A stretch of DNA of 64,000 nt from an uncultured bacterium (GTDB taxonomy: Bacteria > CSSED10-310 > CAZUFC01): assembly GCA_964619725.1 (NCBI GenBank), contig CAZUFC010000014.1, forward strand, positions 1 through 64,000. Reading direction: 5' to 3'. This document shows positions 20,319-31,052 of the stretch, piece by piece. The notes under the pieces are model-generated. The model searched no databases. It had not been told where the DNA came from and saw nothing but the letters and a program-made list of their open reading frames with translations. Position numbers and translations under genes: made by a program. Each line of letters begins with the position of its first letter. The first letter of the stretch is position 1.

Positions 20319-21146
20319 TTGAAGAAAACGACACGGAATACAAACGCGCACAAGGAACGCCGGTCCTGGCTGAATTATGAATATCTTTTTCTTTTTTTGA
20401 TCATCCTGTCCGCTGTCGGACTGCGTTTTTACAGAATCGGCTCGTCGGACTTCTGGCTTGACGAATCCAATACAGTTCTTATTTCGGAATCGAATTTTTC
20501 AGAGATGACTGAACGCTTGAAATGGGACTCAAGTCCGCCTTTGTTTTATTTTCTCCTTCATTATTGGATGAAAATAGCGGGCAAATCCGAAACCGGCCTT
20601 CGCTCATTTTCTGCTCTGATCGGAATTATCCTCGTGATAATCATGTTTTTTACAGGAAGAAAATTTTTTTCCATGGAAACAGGATTGCTGTCAGCCTTAT
20701 TCGCCGCAGTTTTCCCCATCCAGGTCATGTATTCCCAGGAACTCCGCATGTATACATTGCTGCCGCTTACGGCTGTTTTGTCATTCTATTTTCTCCTTCG
20801 CTTTTTATCAGATGATCGAAACTCCTTTCTCATCGGTTACATCATCAGCTTAACGGCCTGGCATCCGGCAAACCAGGATAAAGCGGTTTTATTGCGGAAC
20901 CCGCAAAAACTGGAAACTGAAGCTTCCGATTTAATCGAGGACATACGAAAGGGACTCACAGCCCAATCGCGCCTTTTCATTCTGTTTGTTCCGGACAAAG
21001 TCAACGAATTCCTTTACCGGCAAGTGATGGAAACATTCGGGGAATCGCGAATTAAAACGGCGGCAAAATTCAGACAATCGCTCATATGGACGCCGGTGCT
21101 CGTATTAATTATACAAAATGAGGGCAGCGTCAAAGGATTGTCGTGA
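20319..21146 (+). CDS. GT-C (PMT/GT39-like) glycosyltransferase, probably internally truncated
   Basis: FWLDE, PPLFYFLLHYW, YSQELRMY; only 275 aa with an abrupt switch to a soluble tail. Confidence 0.7.
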   Translation: MKKTTRNTNAHKERRSWLNYEYLFLFLIILSAVGLRFYRIGSSDFWLDESNTVLISESNFSEMTERLKWDSSPPLFYFLLHYWMKIAGKSETGLRSFSALIGIILVIIMFFTGRKFFSMETGLLSALFAAVFPIQVMYSQELRMYTLLPLTAVLSFYFLLRFLSDDRNSFLIGYIISLTAWHPANQDKAVLLRNPQKLETEASDLIEDIRKGLTAQSRLFILFVPDKVNEFLYRQVMETFGESRIKTAAKFRQSLIWTPVLVLIIQNEGSVKGLS

Positions 21147-21225
21147 TTGATTCCGGGGAAAAGCCAGAATTGGGGTCTGTATTCAAGCAAGCAGTTTCTA
21201 AGCGGCGCCAATGGTGTCTTTTTCC

Positions 21226-21669
21226 CTACTTCCCTTCGTCAACGCTTACCAGATAATCTTCCGAGTCGATATCGGATTCGCTTGAGGTATAAACTTCAAA
21301 CTCCGGCGGCTCTTCCAGATGTCTTTTCACCGCACAGAGTTCTGCGCTTTTTATAATGGCGTTCTTGTATTTTTCCGGAAAATCGGGCGGAAGTCTGACC
21401 TCAATGGATATTTTCTTTATCATTCTGTCGTTCGGATCACGTTGAAACCGCTGTATCACCCTTATGTTCTCCATCGGGAGATTCCGTTCACGACAAAAAG
21501 CCAGTATGTAAACGCCCGCACATGTTCCCAGTGACGCGAGAAAAAGATCGAAAGGAGCCGGAGCTGATCCGTCTCCGCCTCCAAGTACCGATTGATCGGT
21601 TCTTATCGTATGCCCTCTGAACTCAGCATCAACCTTCATTCCGCCGGGAAAAACGATTTCCATTTCCAT
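21226..21669 (-). CDS. OsmC family protein
   Basis: TDQ..GG.GSAPAPFDLFLASLGTCAG, CAVKRHL. Confidence 0.9.
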   Translation of the reverse strand: MEMEIVFPGGMKVDAEFRGHTIRTDQSVLGGGDGSAPAPFDLFLASLGTCAGVYILAFCRERNLPMENIRVIQRFQRDPNDRMIKKISIEVRLPPDFPEKYKNAIIKSAELCAVKRHLEEPPEFEVYTSSESDIDSEDYLVSVDEGK

Positions 21670-21879
21670 AATTAATCCTCCTGATTCAATGCAAGTGTTC
21701 GGACGATCAGTCTGAAGACAATGATCACACGAAGTCGCCGTATATTCGACCGGCGGACCGGCGAAAAGTTACAGAAAAAACCGTGAAATTGTCAAACCGT
21801 AAATGAATTCCCAATATATCTTAAAATGAATTAAGAAATTGTAGCACTGTATTGTTCATTCAAAACCTGTTACGAGCGC

Positions 21880-22896
21880 TCATATTGGCGAAGACTTATC
21901 CGTTTTTTTCTTTTTTAACAGGCTCTTTTTTTCTTCATGAGACAAGAATGCGGCATCGAGGGAATTCATTTGGGCTTTTTTGATCAATTCTGCTGTCAGA
22001 CCTGCGGATGGAGCGGCGATTCTGTATTCATGGGGCAGGTCTATGTTGCTGATACCGGGGTCATCAGTATTGATCGTCGCTTTTATCCCGTGCTGCAGGA
22101 AAAACCGCAGAGGATGGTCGCAGTAGTCTGGAACGGTGCATGTCTGGACATTACTGGTCAGACAGGATTCGATTCCAATTCCTTCTTCCGCCAGATAATC
22201 CATTAATTTTTCGTCCTGGACAGAATGAACTCCGTGACCGATTCTGGCAGCGCCCAGTTCATTCAATGCCTGCCATACGCTATGGGGGCCGTCCGCCTCA
22301 CCGGAATGAATGGTTATTTTTAAGCCTGCCTCCCTGGCTTTATTAATATGGCGGACGAAAAATTTACCGGGTTGATTCTTTTCATCTCCGGCAAGGTCCA
22401 ATGCGACGATATGATCCTTTCCGCTTAAAACGGCATCAAGTTCTTTCCAGGCATTTTCAACGCCGTATGTTCGACTGAGAATTCCGATCAGATTCACTTT
22501 AACGCCGAACCGCGATTCTCCCTGTTTGATGCCTTCGATTACGGCTTCAACGACGCCCTGCATATTGAGTTCATGAGTTTCCGCCATAAACCAGGGACTG
22601 AAACGCAGTTCAATGTAGTCCAAACCTTCGTTCCAGGCATCCTCGATATTTTCGAAAGCGATGCGCTGGATCATCTCGTAATTCGCCATAGCGGCTTTCA
22701 TCCAGCGGAATTTTTCAATAAACGCCATAACTCCCGGTTGAGGTTCGGTAACCTGCACAAAAGGCCTTAATTCCTCTTCGGTCCAGGCCGGTAACGGTAA
22801 ATTAAAAAGGCGACCGGCATCGATTATGGCGCTTAACCGGACATTTCCATCAAGATGTCTGTGTAAATCAATCAGCGGAATCCCGTTATCAATCAT
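21880..22896 (-). CDS. add: Adenosine deaminase
   Basis: DLHRHLDG, TIHSGEA, RIGHG, INTDDP; start set to ATG 22896 after GGGGGGAG. Confidence 0.95.
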   Translation of the reverse strand: MIDNGIPLIDLHRHLDGNVRLSAIIDAGRLFNLPLPAWTEEELRPFVQVTEPQPGVMAFIEKFRWMKAAMANYEMIQRIAFENIEDAWNEGLDYIELRFSPWFMAETHELNMQGVVEAVIEGIKQGESRFGVKVNLIGILSRTYGVENAWKELDAVLSGKDHIVALDLAGDEKNQPGKFFVRHINKAREAGLKITIHSGEADGPHSVWQALNELGAARIGHGVHSVQDEKLMDYLAEEGIGIESCLTSNVQTCTVPDYCDHPLRFFLQHGIKATINTDDPGISNIDLPHEYRIAAPSAGLTAELIKKAQMNSLDAAFLSHEEKKSLLKKKKTDKSSPI

Positions 22897-23009
22897 ACAA
22901 CTCCCCCCTTTTTTCTTTCTGCTGATGCCCTCATCGTCCTCTGTTGAAAGCGTTTTAATCTTTTTCGATAATGCCTTCAATCCCGTAATGCACTCTGCCC
23001 GGATTCTAA

Positions 23010-25469
23010 TTACAGGGTTTCCATTCCCGTATCGCTCAGACGATAATTTTTCCATTTATCAGCCAATTCCTTCAGACGTTCATCCACCAGATAATTAATA
23101 GTTCCTTTTTCATATGTTCCGTCATCCAGCATTTCGCCGGCTTTACGGCGGGTCAATATTTCTATTCCCTCATCAATGTATTTCACGGGATAAATATGAA
23201 ATTGTCCTTTTTCGACAGCATCGACGACATGCCTCTGCAGCATAAGGTCTTTAACATTCTGATGAGGAATAATAACGCCCTGGGCGCCGTTCAGTCCTTT
23301 GGCTTTGCATACTTCAAAGAATCCTTCGATCTTGTGATTGACGCCGCCTATGGGCTGAATTTCGCCCTTCTGATTGACCGACCCCGTAACGGCTATTTCC
23401 TGGCGGATCGGTACGTCGGAAAGCGCAGACAATAAGGCATAAATCTCTGTGGAAGACGCGGAATCTCCTTCAACGCCGCCATATGATTGTTCGAAACAGA
23501 TGCTGGCGCTCAGGGCAAGCGGTCTATTTTGAGCATACTTTGATCGAAGGAAACCCGACAAAATAAGCACCCCTTTGTCATGTATCCGGCCGCTCAACTC
23601 TGCCTCCCGCTCGATGTTGATTATCCCCGATCCGCCGACGGATACCCGGGCCGTGATGCGCGAGGGCTTACCGAATGCGTAGTCTCCCAGATCGTAAACG
23701 GAAAGACCGTTCACCTGCCCCAGCACCTCACCCTCGGTATCGATCATGATCGTGCCTTCTTCGATCATCTCCTGGATTTTATCTTCTATTAATCGGGACC
23801 TTTCCCGCTTTTCATCAATCGCTTTTAAAACGAATTCATCATCCACTTTCTTTCTTTTTGCCTTCCGGGCCCAGAAATCCGCTTCCCGAAGTATATCAGC
23901 TATGTCGTTGAATCTCGTCGACAGCTTGTTTTGCCTCCCCGCCAGCCTGATTCCAAATTCTATGACCGCTGCCACCGCTTTTCTGGTAAATGGCATTAAC
24001 TCTTCGTTTTTCACTATCTTTTTGACGAAATTGGCGTATTCAATAGTATTCTCTTTTTGAAAATCCATTACCGTGTCAAAATCAGCCCTGATCTTAAATA
24101 TCTTCTTGAAATCATAATCGTAGGTGTAAAGCAACTGATACAAAAAACTTTCCCCAACCATGACGACTTTAACGTCAAATTCGATGGCTTCCGGTTTTAA
24201 TGCGGAAATAGGCACCAGCAGATAAGGAGTATAATGACGCCATTCGAATTTACGGTTCCTCAGTGTTCTCTTTAAAGCAGACCAAACTCCCGGTTCCATC
24301 AGTGCATCAAGCGCTTCGATTATCAGGAATCCGCCGTCAGCTTTCAAAAGAGAGCCGGCCTTGATTTTAGTAAAATCCGTGCTCCATTGTCCGTAACCGC
24401 TAGGCGCCACGTCAATAGAACCGAACAAGTTATTGTAATTCGGAGAAGTTTCAACAATTACCGGCGCCTTATCAGCGCCCTTGTTGTCGATCAGTAAATT
24501 AACGCGATAAACGAGGTAAGGGTCGGATTCCTTGCCCCCTGACGGCAGAGCGAGGCTCTGCTGCGGTTGCTGTTCCTTTTTTTTCTTCTGAAAAAGTTCC
24601 AGATTATCCAGGATGTCTTCCTTGTATTCATTCAGGTATTCAGCAATCTTTTCACTATGGAATTTTTTCCTGACCACTTCAATGCGCTGCTCCACAACCG
24701 GTTCGATAATTTTTCTGTTCAGTTCCGCTATTCCTTCTCCGCTCTCCTTTTCCAAGTTCCTGATCTGTTTCGCCGCTTCCTCCATTTTCTCATACAGCAC
24801 TGAACTCTTTTCCTGGAGCTGCTCATACTCTTCCTTGTCAAACTCACCCTTGTCCACCATTTCTGACAATTCTTCAAAATTGACGGGTTTATCGTTAATG
24901 ATCGGGATCAGCAAGGGCCTCGTAACCGGGCCGACCTGGACCTGAGTCATCGTAAAACCTTCTTTTTTGACATCTTCTTCCAGTTTCTTGAGCAGCTCTT
25001 TACCCTTTCCCTGCAATTTTTCTATGATCTCTTTTCTTTGCTGCTGATAATCTTCGCTTTCAAATATCTCAGGAATAGACTTTATGAGGCTATCCAGCAG
25101 CTTGTCCATGGCTTTCTGAAATTCGCATCCCCGTCCCGCCGGAAGCCTTATCAGTCTAGGGCGGTCAGGGTCCTGAAAGTTATTTACATACAGTTTATCA
25201 TCAGGAATATTTTTTAATCGTTCCGTTTCCTGGATCATGCATTCCGCTGCTGTTCTTCTTCCTGTTCCGACGGAACCCGCTGCAAAAATATTATACCCCG
25301 GACTGTCGATATCCAGACCCAACCTCAGGGCTCCTATAGCCTTTTTTTGTCCGATAATGTCCAGACATTCGTTTAAATCATCGGTATCTTTGAACTTCAA
25401 ATTCTTTAAATCGCAATCGACGCGTAAACTCTCAACCGGTAACTCCCTGAATTCGCCGGCTTCTTTCAT
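23010..25469 (-). CDS. Lon-type (S16, LonB/LonC-like) ATP-dependent protease
   Basis: IIGQKKA, IKAGSLLKADGGFL, GQVNGLSV, EGDSASSTE, PIGGVNHKIEGF. Confidence 0.92.
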   Translation of the reverse strand: MKEAGEFRELPVESLRVDCDLKNLKFKDTDDLNECLDIIGQKKAIGALRLGLDIDSPGYNIFAAGSVGTGRRTAAECMIQETERLKNIPDDKLYVNNFQDPDRPRLIRLPAGRGCEFQKAMDKLLDSLIKSIPEIFESEDYQQQRKEIIEKLQGKGKELLKKLEEDVKKEGFTMTQVQVGPVTRPLLIPIINDKPVNFEELSEMVDKGEFDKEEYEQLQEKSSVLYEKMEEAAKQIRNLEKESGEGIAELNRKIIEPVVEQRIEVVRKKFHSEKIAEYLNEYKEDILDNLELFQKKKKEQQPQQSLALPSGGKESDPYLVYRVNLLIDNKGADKAPVIVETSPNYNNLFGSIDVAPSGYGQWSTDFTKIKAGSLLKADGGFLIIEALDALMEPGVWSALKRTLRNRKFEWRHYTPYLLVPISALKPEAIEFDVKVVMVGESFLYQLLYTYDYDFKKIFKIRADFDTVMDFQKENTIEYANFVKKIVKNEELMPFTRKAVAAVIEFGIRLAGRQNKLSTRFNDIADILREADFWARKAKRKKVDDEFVLKAIDEKRERSRLIEDKIQEMIEEGTIMIDTEGEVLGQVNGLSVYDLGDYAFGKPSRITARVSVGGSGIINIEREAELSGRIHDKGVLILSGFLRSKYAQNRPLALSASICFEQSYGGVEGDSASSTEIYALLSALSDVPIRQEIAVTGSVNQKGEIQPIGGVNHKIEGFFEVCKAKGLNGAQGVIIPHQNVKDLMLQRHVVDAVEKGQFHIYPVKYIDEGIEILTRRKAGEMLDDGTYEKGTINYLVDERLKELADKWKNYRLSDTGMETL

Positions 25470-25669
25470 TGTTCGCCTCCCTGTCTCTTATGGAATATCT
25501 TGATCAAAAAATTGTACGACTGCCTTAAACCAGAACACTCGGAAGCGCCGCCTTAAAGGCTCTTCCTGCAATTCTTTTCAGGTTACAGATAAAAGCATGC
25601 CTTTTCAACCTCTGAAAATTCGGCGTTAACCGATACGATCTTTCCGATTGGGGCCCGGAACTTAAATTA

Positions 25670-26227
25670 TTAAAGTCCGGCTTTCTCCAGCACGATTAAA
25701 AAAACGATTAAAATGACGGCTCCCGGAATAACTACCGCCCAGTGATTGACTTTTAACAGCTTTGGAAAAGTTAATTCGCCGAAATAGCCCCTGTTAAGTA
25801 TTTTTCTGTTCAACACAGGGTAAAAAGCCGCAAAAGCCCCGGCTCCTATCAATATACCGGTTACGCCTCCCAGCAAAGCATCCAGGGCTCCCTGGCCCAC
25901 TGCGCCGGCGACGGTCCCGGGACAATATCCCAGTGTTCCGAAGCCAAGTCCAAAGATCAAACCGCCGATGACGGTGGCTCCGAATGAACCAGGTTTTGGT
26001 TTCAATTCGGCCAATTTAAGACTTTTTAACAGATGGACCCCTATTGTTCCGACAATGACTGCCGTCAGCATAATTTTCAAAACTGTGAAGTCTTTCAGCA
26101 GCAACTGTCCGATTATAACGTCATAATCCGTCACGCCGCCTTTCTGCAGGAGAAATCCGAACGGAATACCGGCAACAAAGCCGATAACAAGTTGAAGAGG
26201 CCTGTTGGAATGCATTTTCACCGGCAT
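25670..26227 (-). CDS. YeeE/YedE sulfur-compound transporter family protein
   Basis: FGFLLQKGG, GGLIFGLGFGTLGYCPGT. Confidence 0.9.
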   Translation of the reverse strand: MPVKMHSNRPLQLVIGFVAGIPFGFLLQKGGVTDYDVIIGQLLLKDFTVLKIMLTAVIVGTIGVHLLKSLKLAELKPKPGSFGATVIGGLIFGLGFGTLGYCPGTVAGAVGQGALDALLGGVTGILIGAGAFAAFYPVLNRKILNRGYFGELTFPKLLKVNHWAVVIPGAVILIVFLIVLEKAGL

Positions 26228-26241
26228 GATTATACTCCTTC

Positions 26242-26763
26242 CTAACCCGCTGCGATTTTAAAAATAAACATGGCTGCAGCTATGCCTCCGATGAAAAAGC
26301 AGACAGCGGCAATCCAACTGCTCACAGCCCATTGCAAGGCGCCGCTGATCCCATGTCCGCTGGTGCATCCCCCTGCCCAGCGCGCGCCGATGCCCATCAA
26401 TATTCCGCCGAAAAGCGCTACAAGCCACCTGACGGAAAAAAGCGAACCGAAAGTTGCCGTCCAGGTTTCAGGGACCCATTGCCATTGAAATACGCCGGAC
26501 ATTTTCGCCGACAGAAAAGCGCCCAATAATAAACCGGCGACAAGCATCCAGTCCCATTCCGCCCTGGGGGTGAATTTTCGGTAATATTCCTTATTCAAAA
26601 CTTTTTTGCCTCTGAACAACCGTTCTATCATACCGCTGGTTCGAGCGAAAGCCGTCGAACATGAAATAGGCTTGTCGGACAGCAGAAAAGTCAACCAGCT
26701 TAGAATGCCTATACCGATGCCCACCGCATAAGGCGACCATCTCGCCATTTGCAGAAATTCCAT
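26242..26763 (-). CDS. YeeE/YedE sulfur-compound transporter family protein
   Basis: WSPYAVG, GARWAGGCTSGHGISG. Confidence 0.9.
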   Translation of the reverse strand: MEFLQMARWSPYAVGIGIGILSWLTFLLSDKPISCSTAFARTSGMIERLFRGKKVLNKEYYRKFTPRAEWDWMLVAGLLLGAFLSAKMSGVFQWQWVPETWTATFGSLFSVRWLVALFGGILMGIGARWAGGCTSGHGISGALQWAVSSWIAAVCFFIGGIAAAMFIFKIAAG

Positions 26764-26850
26764 AGTCTGCAGCTCCTTCCTCCTTTTTTATTAGGATCGA
26801 TAAGCGAAAATTTTCAGCGAAAGCATACTATAATCGCTATTAAGCGTTGA

Positions 26851-28284
26851 TTAATCAAACTTCATTTTTTTACCGTTGAATTGCGGACCATGAGGAACGA
26901 AACAAACCGGGCAAACCGGCGAATATCCTGCTGCGCTGTATCCGGACACGCCTCCCGCGGCATTCATTATTCTTCGGAAACCATGTTGTTTGAGTATGCT
27001 GCATCCCAGGCTCGATCTATGCCCCGTGCTGCACATCAATACAATAAGATCGTTTTCGTTCAACTCGTCGTAACGCGTTCTCAGATCAGCTACAGGAAAA
27101 TTAATCGCTCCTTCGATGTGGAAGCCTTCAAATTCAGCGGGTGAGCGAACGTCAACCAAGACCATCTCTCCGCCTTTTCTGCTCATTTCATGCAGCTCTT
27201 CCACGGATATTTGCGGAATATGAGCTGTGGGCAACCCGTTTTTGGACCATTCGAACATACCGCCGTCGAGGTAGCCCTTCACGTTGTCCATACCGACGCG
27301 TCTCAACTGCTTGACCGCCTCCAGGGCTTTAGCGCCGTCATAAGCGATAAGCGCGATTTCAGCATCCTGTGGAAGAATCCAGCCTGCAAAAGTGGCGAAA
27401 TTGCCGGCAAGATCTATATGGTAGGCATTGGGAATATGCTGTCCACCAAAAGAATCATAGCTTCGCACGTCCAGGACGATTAGGTTCTCTTTTTTGATTT
27501 TCTGATGGAGCGACTCAGGGTCGAACGCTTCAGCCTCCGGCAAATCGTCCGTTAAAGCAGGTCCTCGCCGGTTGATTTCGCTGCATCGGCTAAAATGGTC
27601 CGGCGCCGGCGGCATGTCGCCGGTCAATGAATCGATGAATTCCTGTCTGCTGCCTATTTGAAGAGCATAATTATACCTTTTCTCATATCCCACGGTACTC
27701 GTTCTTTTCGCCCCCATCGCCCTGCCGCACAACGAACCCGCTCCATGCGCCGGATATACTTCGCAGAAATCAGGCAATTCCCCGATTTTTTCAAGAAGGC
27801 TGTCGTACAATTTTGAAGCCAGCTCCTGGGCACGGCCAGGAAAAAGGTCCGGACGCCCTACATCTCCAACGAACAATGTATCCCCGCAGAATAACCCTGC
27901 AGGTTCCTTTCCTCTGCCCTCATCCGTAACCGTATAGCTCACATGCTCCGGCGTATGCCCCGGAGTCTCCAAAACCTGCAATCTCATATCTTCAATCTGA
28001 ATCTCATCGCCTTCAGAAACGGCAATATGATCGAAATCACAAGCGCCTGATTCCGGAGCGTATATGCGCGCTCCTGTTGCCCGGGCCAGGTCCAGGTGAC
28101 CTGAAATGAAATCAGCGTGCAGGTGAGTTTCAATAATGTGCGTAATTTTCATATCCAGGTCTCTGGCTTCATCCAGATAAAGTTGAACGTCCCGTTTAGG
28201 GTCCACTATCGCACACGTCTTCGTTCCTCCCAGAAGATAGGAACTGTGGGCGATTCCCCTTACGAAATATTGTTTGACTATCAA
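26851..28284 (-). CDS. MBL-fold persulfide dioxygenase-like protein fused to two rhodanese domains
   Basis: ETHLHADFISG, TPGHTPEH, GDTLFVGDVGRPDL, PAHGAGSLCG; rhodanese DVRS motifs and CSTGHRS. Confidence 0.92.
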   Translation of the reverse strand: MIVKQYFVRGIAHSSYLLGGTKTCAIVDPKRDVQLYLDEARDLDMKITHIIETHLHADFISGHLDLARATGARIYAPESGACDFDHIAVSEGDEIQIEDMRLQVLETPGHTPEHVSYTVTDEGRGKEPAGLFCGDTLFVGDVGRPDLFPGRAQELASKLYDSLLEKIGELPDFCEVYPAHGAGSLCGRAMGAKRTSTVGYEKRYNYALQIGSRQEFIDSLTGDMPPAPDHFSRCSEINRRGPALTDDLPEAEAFDPESLHQKIKKENLIVLDVRSYDSFGGQHIPNAYHIDLAGNFATFAGWILPQDAEIALIAYDGAKALEAVKQLRRVGMDNVKGYLDGGMFEWSKNGLPTAHIPQISVEELHEMSRKGGEMVLVDVRSPAEFEGFHIEGAINFPVADLRTRYDELNENDLIVLMCSTGHRSSLGCSILKQHGFRRIMNAAGGVSGYSAAGYSPVCPVCFVPHGPQFNGKKMKFD

Positions 28285-28296
28285 TTTTCTTCTCCT

Positions 28297-30099
28297 TTAC
28301 ATGTAAAAAAGGTAAATGATTCCCGATGCTGCAAAAAGAAACAAAAGAGTCATGATGCCGCCGGCTTTAATATAATCTTTGTTGCGGTATCCCCCGGGAG
28401 ACATCAGCAAAGCGTTGACCTGGTGCGTCGGCAGTATAAAAGAATTAGACGCGGACACCGCTACGAGCAAAGCCATTGCACGCGGGTCCAAACCGGTCAT
28501 CCGGCCGGCGGTCATAACCAGGGGAACGAGCAATACAGTGGCCGCCACATTGGACATGAACAGTGAAAATAGACCGGCAAGCGCTGAAAAAGCCATTAGA
28601 ATAATCATGGGATGACTGTTTTTCAGGAGATTCATCATGAGCCCTGCAGTATATTCAGCAGCGCCTGATTTTTCCATGGCTATCCCCAGCGGTATTAATC
28701 CGGCCAGAAGAAAAACGGTCCGCCAGTCTACGGCCCGGTAGGCTTCATCGATTTTTATTACTCCCAGCAGCGCCATCGCCAGAGCCCCCGAAAAAAGGGC
28801 AACCGATAATTGGACGCCGAAGATTACCATTATAACGGCAGCCAGAAAACACGCTGCAGCGGTAACCGGCTTGCCCTGGCGGCTTATTTCCACTTCTACT
28901 GGAGTTATCAGCACAAAATTATGATTATCGCCCATTGTTTTTATGTGCTCCCAAAGTCCGTATACGATCAACGCATCTCCCACTTCAAATTTTCTATCAG
29001 AAAAATCGCCTCTTTCCTCATTTTCACCGCTTAACAATATGATCGGTTCAACATGGTAACTCTTGCGCAAAGCGATTTCCCGCAAGGTCTTACCCGCAAC
29101 TGGGGCCTTCGGAGGTATTATAAGCTCAGCGAATCCCGCATTTTCCGGTCTCTCCAGTTCGTCGCACAAACGAGACTCAGAAGGAACGTTCAACGAAAAA
29201 TCGGATGCGAAACGCTCCACATCCTCTATTCTTCCGATCAACACAAGCCTCTGTCCGGCTGCGAAACGAGCGTATCGCCACGGGGCATACAATACCTCAT
29301 CTCCTTCTTTCATGGCTATCAGGTTTAATCCGTAATCCTTGCAAATACCCGCATCTTCTCTGGTTTTTGCGATAATCGAGCTTTTTTCGGGTATAATGCA
29401 CTCATAAGTGGTACATTGCAGATGCCAGGTCTCAATGAGCTGCTGCTGAACGCCGGTCTGCATCTCATCATCATTCTCCCGGCGATCTTTTCCGGGAAAT
29501 ACATACTTGCCGAAAAATAAAAAATACATTATGCCCGTCGCCAGAAGAACAACCCCCAAAGGAGTTACGCTGAACAATCCGTATGACTCTTCGCCGCTTT
29601 GTTTCAATAAATCGTTCAAAATGATCAACGGTCCCGATCCCACCATACTCAGGGTCCCGCCCAGTATGGCAGCGAATCCCATGGGCATCAGCAGACGGGA
29701 TGCCGGTATCCGGGTCCTTTTTGAAATTCTGATGATTGCGGGCAAGAATAACGCGGCTGCGCCTATGTTCTGCAAAAAAGCCGATAAACCGCCGATAACC
29801 AATGATACGAAACCGATTAACCTTTTCTCGCCCTTTCCAGCGATATCCAGAATAGGCTTTACAATTTTTTTCATTACCCCGGATTTTTCAATCCCATAGC
29901 CCAAAATCATTACGCCTATGATCGAGACCACGGCATTGCTCGATAATCCTGAAAAAGCCTCTGACGGTTTTACAACTCCCGACCAGGCCAGAATCAACAT
30001 CACTAATATCGCCGTGATATCCACCCGTAACAGTTCCGTCAAAAAAAGAAAGACCGTAAGAGAAAGAATCGATAATACTATTAGTATATCTAACGACAT
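28297..30099 (-). CDS. SLC13/DASS family permease with TrkA-C (RCK_C) domains
   Basis: LSAFLQNIGA, LLMPMGFAAILGG, LFMSNVAA, PTHQVNALLMSPGGY. Confidence 0.92.
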   Translation of the reverse strand: MSLDILIVLSILSLTVFLFLTELLRVDITAILVMLILAWSGVVKPSEAFSGLSSNAVVSIIGVMILGYGIEKSGVMKKIVKPILDIAGKGEKRLIGFVSLVIGGLSAFLQNIGAAALFLPAIIRISKRTRIPASRLLMPMGFAAILGGTLSMVGSGPLIILNDLLKQSGEESYGLFSVTPLGVVLLATGIMYFLFFGKYVFPGKDRRENDDEMQTGVQQQLIETWHLQCTTYECIIPEKSSIIAKTREDAGICKDYGLNLIAMKEGDEVLYAPWRYARFAAGQRLVLIGRIEDVERFASDFSLNVPSESRLCDELERPENAGFAELIIPPKAPVAGKTLREIALRKSYHVEPIILLSGENEERGDFSDRKFEVGDALIVYGLWEHIKTMGDNHNFVLITPVEVEISRQGKPVTAAACFLAAVIMVIFGVQLSVALFSGALAMALLGVIKIDEAYRAVDWRTVFLLAGLIPLGIAMEKSGAAEYTAGLMMNLLKNSHPMIILMAFSALAGLFSLFMSNVAATVLLVPLVMTAGRMTGLDPRAMALLVAVSASNSFILPTHQVNALLMSPGGYRNKDYIKAGGIMTLLFLFAASGIIYLFYM

Positions 30100-30299
30100 G
30101 ATTTATTGACGGGAAATGACGGTGGCTTTCAGGATTTAAATACCAGCCTGAAACGCTTCCTCGCCTTCTGGATGATGAATTTCAGCCTTACTCGCTGTTC
30201 TTTTGCTCAATTTTCAACTTCAGAACTCTTGACAAGGAGGTCCTAATTTATTGAAAAAATTTGATTTTATTGCATTACAACTCAGTGAAAAAATGTACA

Positions 30300-30340
30300 G
30301 TTTTTAGCCCCCCCCTATATCCCCCCGCAAGCGGGGGGAC
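30300..30340 (+). repeat. REP-like hairpin, family C copy 1
   Basis: GTTTTTAGCCCCCCCCTATATCCCCCCGCAAGCGGGGGGAC; degenerate inverted copy at 61404-61437. Confidence 0.7.
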
Positions 30341-30461
30341 TTTGTTTTACTTGAATTTTTTTGATCGATTGTTGTTTTTTCATCAAACATTTAACAATTT
30401 TTTTTAAGTCGATGTCAGGATATGTGAGCTTCCATTACCGGGCTTTCGACGCATGTTCGTT

Positions 30462-31040
30462 TTATTCGTTTTCCAGCTCCAGGTCGATGAAATGCATATG
30501 CGCCCGGCTGTGTCGAATACCCCTGGCATGAATGTCCATTATTTTATCCAGGTCCCCGGATAATATGCCCCTGCTTTCACATACATAATCGTGAGCGGGA
30601 GCGTAGGTTTCAATTCCCCGGACTTCGGGAGAAACCGTTTCCTTGAATTCGGCATCCTTGTTCAATTCCAACCCTTCCGGCAGATCGAAAAAGATCGATT
30701 TCAACTTTTCCGCTTCCTGCTTGTCGTAAACTTTGAACGAAAACTTCATTTCAACGCGATTGATCTTACCTGAGACCTTCATATTTATTTTCAGAGGGAA
30801 ATCTTTTTTGAGATGCTTCTCCAATACCTCCTTGAACACATCATCTACAACTACGTAAGTCGTATCCGGATTCAATCCGATCAGTTCCTTGATTCTGTGT
30901 GATAACGATTCCTTTTTGATGTCGTGATCCTCGTAAAAATAAAACTTTCCTTTTTCTCCGGTTCCCAACCATAAGCCGTAAACAAAACCTTTGCATGTCA
31001 AATATGAGCCTTGCAGGAGAATCTCATAAAAAGTCGGCAT
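30462..31040 (-). CDS. Hypothetical protein
   Basis: 192-aa ORF with RBS, 12 bp downstream of the antiporter on the same strand. Confidence 0.75.
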   Translation of the reverse strand: MPTFYEILLQGSYLTCKGFVYGLWLGTGEKGKFYFYEDHDIKKESLSHRIKELIGLNPDTTYVVVDDVFKEVLEKHLKKDFPLKINMKVSGKINRVEMKFSFKVYDKQEAEKLKSIFFDLPEGLELNKDAEFKETVSPEVRGIETYAPAHDYVCESRGILSGDLDKIMDIHARGIRHSRAHMHFIDLELENE

Positions 31041-31052
31041 ATTACACTCTCC

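Noticed and set aside
22897-23055. N-terminal extension of add in the ORF track
   Set aside because: It overlaps the Lon 3' end; a good RBS precedes ATG 22896.
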